Source: a candidate division WWE3 bacterium (GTDB lineage Bacteria > Patescibacteriota > 4484-211 > GCA-002791395). Taken from it: 64,000 nt of DNA. Shown piece after piece: positions 56,065 to 64,000 of the stretch. The number at the start of each line of letters is the position of its first letter. The first letter of the stretch is position 1. Both the position numbers and the translations under genes were made by a program. Below the pieces are notes generated by a model. That model ran no database searches. It was not told the origin of the DNA and saw only the letters and a list, made by a program, of their open reading frames with translations. Where the stretch lies: NCBI GenBank assembly GCA_013335095.1, contig JAAXWF010000003.1, positions 5,960 to 69,959 of the forward strand, written 5' to 3'.

Positions 56065-57192
56065 ATGAGCGTTGTTTATTCAATTGGTGGATGTGTATTA
56101 GGCGGAAGTGGTATCGGGCGGACCGCTGGCTTTGCTGTGGATGGTTTAGTTCGTCATAATGTACTTAATCAGGTTATTGCTGCCAATTCAACAAAGCCTA
56201 CAGTTGGCTCGATCTCTGTCACTCGTGTTCCCAGTCATATTCCGGGTCTTCGACACTTTCTTCCCCAAGTGATGGTCAATACGGTCGGTGATGCGTTACA
56301 TGGTTATCTTACTGCTCAAGTGATGCATACTGATGCCGATGCATTTCACGGTTGGGCGGGGATGGCATTACCCGCAATACAAAAAGCTAAAAAAAGAAAT
56401 ATGCGAGTCGTGTTAGAACGAGCCTCGACGCATATTCTTCAGCAGAAGCAAATCCTTGATGATGAGTACAAAGTGCGCCAAATAACATCGAATGCATATA
56501 ATATGTGGCAGGTACATCGTGAAGTCCGAGAGTATGAATTGGCTGATCAGATAATTGTTCCTTCAACATATGCAAAAAAATCGTTTGTCGATTTAGGTTT
56601 TAAGCCAGAGAGTATTACCGTTATTCCGTTTGGCGTAAGTTCTGATTTCCTTAATGAGAAACCACGTGAATCTATTCTTGATAAAGAGCCGTACTTAAAT
56701 GCACTTTATGTTGGTGAAGTCGGATTTCGTAAGGGAATACTATACGCATTAGAAGCCTGGACTAGGTTATCAGTACCTAAGGGACAATTTTACGTAGTCG
56801 GGCCGATTATTGATCAGATTAAGCCATTTTTAGGGAAATATGCACATGACGATACTATTGTATTTACTGGTTTTACTGATCCTAAGCCCTATTATACGAA
56901 GTCCCATGTTTTTCTATTTCCTTCGCTTGAAGAGGGAAGCGCGCTTGTGACATATGAAGCGATGGCACAGTGTTTAGCTTTAGTGACAACCGATAATGCG
57001 GGTTCAGTTATGAGAGATGGTACAGATGGACTTCTGGTTAAGCCTCAGAATGTAGATTCCATTGTTAATGCGCTGACAATGCTTTCCACCGATTTACCTT
57101 TGACTATTACATATGGTTTAAATGCTCGTTCTCATGTTGAAGATTACACATGGGACCGATACGGGGATACCGTCGCTTCGTTATATCAATAA
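56065..57192 (+). CDS. family-4 glycosyltransferase (GT-B, group 1)
   Basis: EX7E motif FPSLEEGSALVTYEAMAQCLALVTTDNAGS. Start taken at ATG 56065; the ORF track begins at 56008. Confidence 0.7.
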   Translation: MSVVYSIGGCVLGGSGIGRTAGFAVDGLVRHNVLNQVIAANSTKPTVGSISVTRVPSHIPGLRHFLPQVMVNTVGDALHGYLTAQVMHTDADAFHGWAGMALPAIQKAKKRNMRVVLERASTHILQQKQILDDEYKVRQITSNAYNMWQVHREVREYELADQIIVPSTYAKKSFVDLGFKPESITVIPFGVSSDFLNEKPRESILDKEPYLNALYVGEVGFRKGILYALEAWTRLSVPKGQFYVVGPIIDQIKPFLGKYAHDDTIVFTGFTDPKPYYTKSHVFLFPSLEEGSALVTYEAMAQCLALVTTDNAGSVMRDGTDGLLVKPQNVDSIVNALTMLSTDLPLTITYGLNARSHVEDYTWDRYGDTVASLYQ

Positions 57193-57197
57193 TCAAT

Positions 57198-58670
57198 ATG
57201 AGCACAAAACCGTCTTCTTCAACACGTTCAAAACCTGCATTTGGTTATATGATATTGCGGGGCACTGCCTTAGTCGTTGTCAGTGATTATCTTGTGTATG
57301 CGTTGAATTTTGTTCGTGGAATAATATTAGCCCGATTATTGGCTCCTGAGTTTTTTGGTTTAATGGCAATGGCCGAATTTTTCCGTTCAATGTTGGGTCA
57401 GTCCGCCGGAATCGGATTTGATCAAGCGCTCATTCAGCGGCAGGAAAAACTAGAAGTCGCATATAACGGGTATTATCTGATGATAAACATTCTCACAATA
57501 ATTTCGTTTATTGTGACGCTTTCTTTGCGTCAAGTCTTTCTACATTTTTATGATCCACTTATGTATAAAGTTTTGGTTGTCTTAATGGGCCTTTTAGTTA
57601 TTCAAACATTAAGTTCAACGCACATTACCTATTTGCGAAAGAATTTATCTTTTGGTCGAATAAGCATAATAATATTAGTAAGTTCATTGCTGGCTTTTGT
57701 CGTTTCGGTTTACGGAGCAATGCATGAGTGGGGCGTTTGGTCTTTGGTCTCGGTGACAGCCAGCACTACGATTGGAATTTCGGTTCTCGGTTGGATACTT
57801 TGTCCGTGGAAATTAACCTGGAAATTCGATCGTGATGTAAATAAATCATTATTAACGTTTGGCGGGATGGTTTTATTAGGCAACTTCTTTGCGTTTTTGA
57901 TGTCCCAATTTGATGACTTTCTCGTTGGGCAATATACTACATTTGTTATTCTCGGATATTATTCTAAAGCGTATGGGTTGGCGCAACAGCCGTTGGCTCT
58001 CTTTTCTCAAGTTATAAATAAAATATCAGGTCCACTGATTGCGACCGTTCAAAATGATCACTCAAAACTTAGCAAAAGCATGAACCTAACGATCGGTTCG
58101 GTATTTAAGGGTACTATATTTTTAGGGATGGTGCTCTTCATGTGGGCACCTCAAATTACGTCGCTTCTGATTGGTGAACAGTGGTTACCGATGGTCCCAT
58201 TGCTCAGAGGATTGATCGTGTACTTAATTGCACAGCCAATTTGGGATTTAGTCGGTTCATTGTTTACTTACATCGGTAAACCTCAAATATATGTTTTGGG
58301 ACAAGCGATACAGGCAATTATGTTAATTGTCTTAGGATGGATAACGGTGCGTAATTTCGGTGCATATGGAATGTCGATCATTGTGAGTATTATCGTTCTT
58401 AGTATTACCATTCTGTTCCTTATTCGGGCTGCATCATTTATCCAGATTGATTGGTGGAATACTTTTTTTGCGCCGATTATCGCCGTTTTTCTGAGTGCAT
58501 TTGGCAGTTGGTATTTAATTACTCCTCTAGACCAGAACTCGATTATCTTTTGGATCGGAATTGCCATTATCCCGACTTGCCTGTATGTGGCCTTATTATT
58601 CTTGTTGCAAGGAAAATCGTTACGAGATGACTTCAATCTATTACTTAATGTAGCACGTAAGAAAAACTAA
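57198..58670 (+). CDS. Wzx-like oligosaccharide/polysaccharide flippase (MOP superfamily)
   Basis: ATG at 57198 (MSTKPSS...). About 12-14 TM helices. The YALNFVRGIILARLLAPEFFGLMA segment is typical of polysaccharide-biosynthesis (Wzx) proteins. Confidence 0.65.
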   Translation: MSTKPSSSTRSKPAFGYMILRGTALVVVSDYLVYALNFVRGIILARLLAPEFFGLMAMAEFFRSMLGQSAGIGFDQALIQRQEKLEVAYNGYYLMINILTIISFIVTLSLRQVFLHFYDPLMYKVLVVLMGLLVIQTLSSTHITYLRKNLSFGRISIIILVSSLLAFVVSVYGAMHEWGVWSLVSVTASTTIGISVLGWILCPWKLTWKFDRDVNKSLLTFGGMVLLGNFFAFLMSQFDDFLVGQYTTFVILGYYSKAYGLAQQPLALFSQVINKISGPLIATVQNDHSKLSKSMNLTIGSVFKGTIFLGMVLFMWAPQITSLLIGEQWLPMVPLLRGLIVYLIAQPIWDLVGSLFTYIGKPQIYVLGQAIQAIMLIVLGWITVRNFGAYGMSIIVSIIVLSITILFLIRAASFIQIDWWNTFFAPIIAVFLSAFGSWYLITPLDQNSIIFWIGIAIIPTCLYVALLFLLQGKSLRDDFNLLLNVARKKN

Positions 58671-59392
58671 AATTTTATACCTAATACCGGAAGGACTTTC
58701 TTTAATATATTTCTCACAGGTTGTGGAAATTTGATTTTTCTGAGAGTGAAATAGATATCAGTACTCATCACTTTATAAACGTTTTGCACTCGTTCTAATG
58801 GAGTTATTGAGGCGACTTTTTCAAATACTGTTATTGTATCTATAAAGTGAATGTTACGAATGTGTTGAGAAGAAAGACCCGTTTCTTTGACTACTCGCCA
58901 AGGACCTTCCCAATCACTTGTTGTATCGTGAAGTGCAATAAATCCGCCGTTTACAATTTTGGGAAACCAATCGTTCAAGTCATTTCGTACGGCTTCATAT
59001 TCATGTGCTCCATCAATAAAAATTACTTCAACCGGCTGATTATATTCTCGTGCTGCTTCATAAGAAGGCTTTACTATTGGTTCCACTAATTCACTGATTT
59101 GTGCATCTTGAATATTTTTCTTGAATTCATCAAATGTCGAAAAATCACCCATCTCACGTTTATGTTCTGGGGAACCGGTGTGAGGATCTATTGCAACGAT
59201 TTTAACCTTATGCCCAGCCTTTGAACCTAATCCTAAACAAATTGTAGATTTACCTTTCCATGAACCGATCTCAACGATCGATCCTTTTCCAGTCGCTTTA
59301 TGTGCAAGATTGTACAATGTTTCTGCTTCTCTTATGGTCAGCCATCCATCTACTGTATCAATAACTTTTTGTAATTCTTCTCGTATTGGCAT
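58667..59392 (-). CDS. class I SAM-dependent methyltransferase (TylF/MycF/O-MT-like)
   Basis: SAM-binding segment GSIVEIGSWKGKSTICLG with acidic residues after beta-2. Confidence 0.5.
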   Translation of the reverse strand: MPIREELQKVIDTVDGWLTIREAETLYNLAHKATGKGSIVEIGSWKGKSTICLGLGSKAGHKVKIVAIDPHTGSPEHKREMGDFSTFDEFKKNIQDAQISELVEPIVKPSYEAAREYNQPVEVIFIDGAHEYEAVRNDLNDWFPKIVNGGFIALHDTTSDWEGPWRVVKETGLSSQHIRNIHFIDTITVFEKVASITPLERVQNVYKVMSTDIYFTLRKIKFPQPVRNILKKVLPVLGIKF

Positions 59393-60178
59393 TTAATACA
59401 CTCCTCCAATTGTTGCATGATCCATTATCGGAAGTTGTTTTCGCAGAACTAAACCAAAGTTATGACCACGATTTGTTATCTGTAAATCTTCAGGGATTTG
59501 ACGACTAAAATCAAAAAATGCTGTGTTATGGAATAAATCATCACTAGCAACAATACCTCCAACAGGAATATACGGCCATGCGGTAAGATATTCCCACATT
59601 TGGTGGACGTAACTATGGTCAGAATCATGATAGAAGAAATCTACTTTACCTAACTTTGCCAATAAAGAGGGAAGCTCGGTGATAAGTTCTGCATCAATAA
59701 ACGTCCATCGATGCTTTAATTCTTCTGGAACTAAAAAGCCACTGGATAGATTATTCGTCTTTATCCAATCACCATCGATTCTTTTATCAACACTGTGAAG
59801 ATGACCTTTATTATTTTTTTCCAGCGCATACAGAATTAATGAAGCCGTTGTCCCGGTTGCACAGCCCGTTTCTACCACAATTTCTGGTTGTTGGATACGG
59901 ATGGTGGCATAGAGTAAGGGCACCCAAGTTTGGCTACCTAATATGAAATCTTCATAAGTGGGATGAATAAATTGTTTATATTGGGCAACTGTTTTTTTTA
60001 GTCCTTCAAAATTACGGAGTTCTTGTTGGTATTGATCCCAATCTGATTGTACTTTTTCGGGTGTTTGAGGGGTCGAATATAACGAACTCAAAAACTCAAC
60101 ATCATTTTTCTGGCCGAGTTTTAGCGTTGCTTGCCACCAATATCGATAAATCGTGCTTTTTCCAAATTCACTAGGCAT
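59393..60178 (-). CDS. class I SAM-dependent methyltransferase (CmcI/sugar O-MT-like)
   Basis: VVETGCATGTTASLILYAL glycine-rich SAM loop. Abuts the previous methyltransferase gene (stop/start adjacent). Confidence 0.45.
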   Translation of the reverse strand: MPSEFGKSTIYRYWWQATLKLGQKNDVEFLSSLYSTPQTPEKVQSDWDQYQQELRNFEGLKKTVAQYKQFIHPTYEDFILGSQTWVPLLYATIRIQQPEIVVETGCATGTTASLILYALEKNNKGHLHSVDKRIDGDWIKTNNLSSGFLVPEELKHRWTFIDAELITELPSLLAKLGKVDFFYHDSDHSYVHQMWEYLTAWPYIPVGGIVASDDLFHNTAFFDFSRQIPEDLQITNRGHNFGLVLRKQLPIMDHATIGGVY

Positions 60179-60243
60179 TACTCTGTGAACTATAACATAC
60201 CCGTTAAGTGTGGTAAAGTTTTTATAATGTTACTGATTCTTAC

Positions 60244-61134
60244 ATGAGATTCTCTGTTGTATTAGCTACCTACAATCGATTGGAGTTATTAAAAGAATGT
60301 TTAGACTCATTATTTAGTCAAACCATGAGTCACGATGAGTTTGAAGTTATCGTTATTGATAATGGATCAACCGATGGTAGCCTCGATTATTTATCTTCAT
60401 TACAACAGTCGGTATTAGCCACCCGTAATGTCTCGTTTAAATTCATATCTTTACAAGCGAATCCTGGTCCAGCAATTGCTCGAAACAGGGGAATTCAGAT
60501 AGCTCAAGGTGATATTGTTGCAATGACTGATGATGATTGTGTACCTCCGTTAAATTGGCTTGAAAAGATTGATGATGGATTTAAAAGATATCCCGAAGTT
60601 ATTGGTGTTACTGGTTTTCAACAAGCACACCCCAAGGTTCTTGCTTCCAATCTAATTGCACAGTACGAGCGGTATCAAACTCGGGAGATGTATCATGCAA
60701 AGGATCGCGAGATCGTTGGGGGCTGGGATGTTCCGGCTGGAGTTACCAATAATGTTGCCTTTAAAAGATCCGTACTCATCGAAGTAAATGGATTCGACGA
60801 ACATTTTCCAGTTGCTGCTGGTGAAGATGCCGATCTAAAAAAACAAATTACTGATAAAGGTTACAAGATTTTGTATATACCGATCGGCGTTGAACATCAC
60901 CAGGAGTATTCACTTAAACGATTTTTGCATCAGCAGTATATTCGAGGAATCGGCGCTCGGCACTTTCGTCGGAAATGGGAGGGATATGATACGATAAATT
61001 GGTTATTGGTAGTAAAATCAGTACCTAAGTTTTTTATGACATTAATTCAGACAAAAAATCCTCAATTTGCGGGTCTAGAGTTTCTAGGAAGAATTTGGAT
61101 GTTTCGGGGAGAACTGAAAGGAGCAAAGAAATGA
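60244..61134 (+). CDS. family-2 glycosyltransferase
   Basis: FSVVLATYNRLELLKECLDSL...VIVIDNGSTDGS and the DDD motif (MTDDDCVPP). Confidence 0.7.
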   Translation: MRFSVVLATYNRLELLKECLDSLFSQTMSHDEFEVIVIDNGSTDGSLDYLSSLQQSVLATRNVSFKFISLQANPGPAIARNRGIQIAQGDIVAMTDDDCVPPLNWLEKIDDGFKRYPEVIGVTGFQQAHPKVLASNLIAQYERYQTREMYHAKDREIVGGWDVPAGVTNNVAFKRSVLIEVNGFDEHFPVAAGEDADLKKQITDKGYKILYIPIGVEHHQEYSLKRFLHQQYIRGIGARHFRRKWEGYDTINWLLVVKSVPKFFMTLIQTKNPQFAGLEFLGRIWMFRGELKGAKK

Positions 61135-61781
61135 GTAAGGCACTGTGGGAAAGCGTTTCTCGACCTGCACCAGGAAAAATAAAAGATATCGATACGTATG
61201 TATCTGGCAATACGCTCTTGGATATCGGGTGTGCTCAAGGATGGTATGCTCAGCACGCGATGAAAAAGGGCATGAAGGTTCTTGGCACTGATCTGGAAAA
61301 TTTTATGGTGGTTAAAGATGTTCCATTTCAACAAATTTCATTTGGACAGGTTGATCCAGGTGGAGATCGTACCTTTGATACGGTGCTTATGTATGACGTT
61401 TTAGAACACATTGTTGATGAAGATGATGCGCTAAGACAGTTACAAAAAATATGTAATAAGCGTTTGCTGTTATCGGTTCCAAACGCTGATGATAAAAATT
61501 TAACCGATTATAATGTAACGTTAACCAACCGTAAGGACATGACTCATCAGCGGTATTACACACCCGATTATCTACGAAAAAAACTTGCTGAGCACGGATT
61601 TGAAGTAATTCATATGCGGTACGATGGCGCTGTTTTACCCGGAATTATTGGTGAGTTCATTCGTCCAAAGTTACTCGGTAAGGTTATCAGTAAAATTTTC
61701 AACAAATTATTATTTATCGGAGCATTAAAGAGCCCTTATTTTGGCGATTTGTATGTTGTGGCAGATAAAAAACACTCATGA
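61131..61781 (+). CDS. class I SAM-dependent methyltransferase
   Basis: ATG 61131 overlaps the preceding stop (ATGA), with GAAAGGAG upstream. SAM motif LLDIGCAQGWYAQHA. Acidic residue after beta-2 (VLGTDLE). Confidence 0.6.
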   Translation: MSKALWESVSRPAPGKIKDIDTYVSGNTLLDIGCAQGWYAQHAMKKGMKVLGTDLENFMVVKDVPFQQISFGQVDPGGDRTFDTVLMYDVLEHIVDEDDALRQLQKICNKRLLLSVPNADDKNLTDYNVTLTNRKDMTHQRYYTPDYLRKKLAEHGFEVIHMRYDGAVLPGIIGEFIRPKLLGKVISKIFNKLLFIGALKSPYFGDLYVVADKKHS

Positions 61782-62959
61782 GTAAAAGATTGTTCTATTT
61801 TATTCAAGATCCTTATTATGGTGGCGGTCTTAAATCGATGAATGCGTTCATTGAACAATTCTTAGTGAAGCGTGGGGTTATGTTTAGTCAGGTTTTTTTG
61901 TCGGCCCAGAAAGCTTTGTCGTTAAACCGGATACTATCCTTAAAACTTCGATTAAATCATGAGGTAATCGACAAACCATTTCGCAAGGTGTTTGTTTCAT
62001 CGTTTCCCTATATTGAACCTTTGGCATTTGTTTTGCCGCGGCATTTTTTACAAAAAGAGATTAAACAGCATGATTTCTTTTTTGGCGTGACGGGTTATGC
62101 TACACCGCTGTATTTTTTTAAATGTGCTGGTGTTTCATATAAAATGTGGTTAGCCACAACGCTCGATTCAGAAAAAAAGGCTCAGCCGAAATTCACTAAT
62201 TTCCGCCAAAAAGTTGTCCACTTTTTAAATAGTCTATTTATTCCGTTATCTCGATATCAGGAGAAGCAAGCTTTATTAGGTGCGTCAAAAATATATACCT
62301 TAAGTACTCAGTCGAAAAAAGAGATGGTTGAAATCGGTGTTCCCGAAGATCGAATCGAAATTATGTGTCCTCCCGTTGATACTAAAAAATTTATTCCACC
62401 ACAGGATGAACACTTTCGTGAGCCGATTATGCTGTGTGTATGTCGACTCGATGATCCTCGAAAAAATATTCCCTTACTGTTAGACGCATATGCTTTAATA
62501 AAAAATGATTGCCCGGAGTATCGATTAGTACTAGCGGGACCGTATGATAAAACCGTAGTTGATATGGTTGCTGAACGTCAGTTAGAATCTTCGGTTGAAC
62601 TTATTGGACTACAAACTCAAGAGCAACTGGTTCTGTTGTATCAAAAAGCTGCGTTTTTTGTTCTGTCTTCTCGCCAAGAGGGCTTCGGAATCGTCCTTGC
62701 TGAAGCTATGGCAGCAGGTCTTCCGGTTATTTCTACAAAAAGTGGCGGTCCAGAAGATGTGGTTGTCGATGGACAAACCGGTTATTTAGTTGATCATGAG
62801 ATCAATTCATTAGCCGAGAAAATGAAAGCTTTAGCCACCGATGCAAGTAAGCGTGAGTTGTTTGGGAAAAACTCTTTAGAACGAGTTCGGTCGTTATATT
62901 CATATGATGCTGTCGAAGCACAGCTTGAAGATATTTTTGCTGACGTATTACCTTCCTAA
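61778..62959 (+). CDS. family-4 glycosyltransferase (GT-B, group 1)
   Basis: EX7E motif LSSRQEGFGIVLAEAMAAGLPVISTKSGGPEDVV. Start overlaps the upstream stop. Confidence 0.7.
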   Translation: MSKRLFYFIQDPYYGGGLKSMNAFIEQFLVKRGVMFSQVFLSAQKALSLNRILSLKLRLNHEVIDKPFRKVFVSSFPYIEPLAFVLPRHFLQKEIKQHDFFFGVTGYATPLYFFKCAGVSYKMWLATTLDSEKKAQPKFTNFRQKVVHFLNSLFIPLSRYQEKQALLGASKIYTLSTQSKKEMVEIGVPEDRIEIMCPPVDTKKFIPPQDEHFREPIMLCVCRLDDPRKNIPLLLDAYALIKNDCPEYRLVLAGPYDKTVVDMVAERQLESSVELIGLQTQEQLVLLYQKAAFFVLSSRQEGFGIVLAEAMAAGLPVISTKSGGPEDVVVDGQTGYLVDHEINSLAEKMKALATDASKRELFGKNSLERVRSLYSYDAVEAQLEDIFADVLPS

Positions 62960-63001
62960 TAATTATCAACGCACATGATATTATGATAGAGATATTAACG
63001 T

Positions 63002-64000
63002 ATGTGCGGAATCGCTGGAATATATCATTATCATAATCAATTAAACGCCCAGCCTGAAATCCTCGAAGCGATGGCCAATGAAATTAAACATCGCGGCCCA
63101 AATAATTCCGGAGTTTTTACCCACGGTCCCGGTGGCCTGGCTTATCGTCGTTTGTCGATTATTGATACAAAAGAACAAGATCAGCCGATCTTAACGAATG
63201 AGGATCAAACATTACGGATATCCTTTAACGGTGAAATATATAACTTTCCCGAATTAAAGGAAGAACTGTTAGCTAAGGGACATCGATTTTATACCGGCAC
63301 CGATACCGAGATGGTGTTACATCTGTATGAAGAAAAGGGAATTGATTGTGTTAAACGGTTAAACGGTATATTTGCATTTGCCATCTTGGACTTAAGAGAT
63401 AATTCAATGTTTGTTGCTCGTGATCAGATGGGTATTAAGCCGCTTTATTACACCGAGTTCGATAATAAAATCGCATTCGCTTCCGAAATCAAATCATTAC
63501 TTACTCTTCCGAATTTACCTCGCCATGTTGACCCGTATGCAATGAATTTGTATTTCAAATATCGTTTTGTTCCGGATCCATTAACAATGTTTGATGGAAT
63601 CTACAAACTTCCTCCAGGCCATTGTATGAAAATTAGCGAAAATGGAAAAAAGATCGTAAAGTATTATGACCTCCGCTCTCGGTTTTATGCATCGGATTCT
63701 CGGTATGCGGGTAAGATAAAATCCGAAGCCGAGGCTATTTCATTAATTAGGGAGGTCGTAAAAGATGCGGTTAAGCGACAATTGCTTGCCGATGTACCTC
63801 TCGGAGCCTTTTTGTCAGGAGGCCTTGATAGTTCAATTGTAGTTGGGATTATGTCGCAGCTCGGGTCTGATCCGGTAAAAACATTTTCGATTGGTTTTTC
63901 TGAAAATGAATACGACGAACTCTCTTTTGCCAAGCAGATAGGTCAACGATATGGCACCGACCATCATGAGATTATCTTGTCGCCAGATCATGTTAAGTCA
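63002..64000 (+). CDS. asnB: asparagine synthase (glutamine-hydrolysing)-like amidotransferase, 3' partial
   Basis: MCGIAGIYHY N-terminal nucleophile start, GPNNSGVF and YNFPELK signatures. Open frame to the window end, so absent from the ORF track. Confidence 0.8.
   Translation, partial: MCGIAGIYHYHNQLNAQPEILEAMANEIKHRGPNNSGVFTHGPGGLAYRRLSIIDTKEQDQPILTNEDQTLRISFNGEIYNFPELKEELLAKGHRFYTGTDTEMVLHLYEEKGIDCVKRLNGIFAFAILDLRDNSMFVARDQMGIKPLYYTEFDNKIAFASEIKSLLTLPNLPRHVDPYAMNLYFKYRFVPDPLTMFDGIYKLPPGHCMKISENGKKIVKYYDLRSRFYASDSRYAGKIKSEAEAISLIREVVKDAVKRQLLADVPLGAFLSGGLDSSIVVGIMSQLGSDPVKTFSIGFSENEYDELSFAKQIGQRYGTDHHEIILSPDHVKS

Overview
This 64-kb window reads as a bacterial chromosomal segment, mostly low GC (by eye roughly 35-40%) and densely coding. 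The gene set suggests a small-genome monoderm or Patescibacteria/CPR-like organism, though I hold that only weakly. The features pointing that way are an hrcA-grpE-dnaK-dnaJ operon, RodZ, an LCP-family protein, MurJ, sortase-type sorting signals, a minimal 505-aa IF-2, and three tRNA-Ser genes that encode their own CCA. RF2 is present, so UGA is a stop codon (standard code 11).

Contents, left to right:
- 1-5.2 kb: a sharply high-GC (~60-65%) block. It holds a large secreted T/P-linker protein, a second T/P-repeat secreted protein translationally coupled to a sortase-family gene, and an intrinsic terminator.
- 5.26-10.2 kb: a carotenoid cluster, with crtI, crtB, crtE, a UbiA-family prenyltransferase and a GT2.
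- 11.1-18.4 kb: three tRNA-Ser genes (GCU, UGA, GGA) scattered among accessory-looking genes. These genes include a CBS protein, an ArsB/NhaD-type permease, a class II photolyase, a DUF418-like membrane protein and a CapK-like adenylating enzyme. A 22-nt partial tRNA 3'-end duplicate also sits here.
- 18.5-38 kb: core genes, namely gap, tpiA, LCP, holA, rpsT, murJ, rodZ-like, a DUF948/YtxH-like pair, ftsK, rpoC, rpoB, infB and mltG.
- 38-44.3 kb: the most unusual locus. An orphan sensor histidine kinase is followed by six tandem paralogous secreted proteins. They are built from a shared ~95-aa two-cysteine module (tandemly duplicated in one protein) combined with dockerin-type calcium-binding repeats, LPVTG/LPSSG sortase signals or C-terminal transmembrane anchors. 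No catalytic domain is present in any of them. I read this as a possible enzyme-free, cohesin/dockerin-like surface assembly or adhesion system.
- 44.3-52.4 kb: nusA, dnaJ-dnaK-grpE-hrcA, a divergent hsp20 with a CIRCE-like inverted repeat between them, trpS and prfB.
- 52.4-64 kb: a surface-glycan cluster with galE, two GT2, two GT4, a Wzx flippase, three SAM methyltransferases, an RmlD-like protein and a partial asnB-like amidotransferase.

No CRISPR array, rRNA gene, transposase or integrase was seen.
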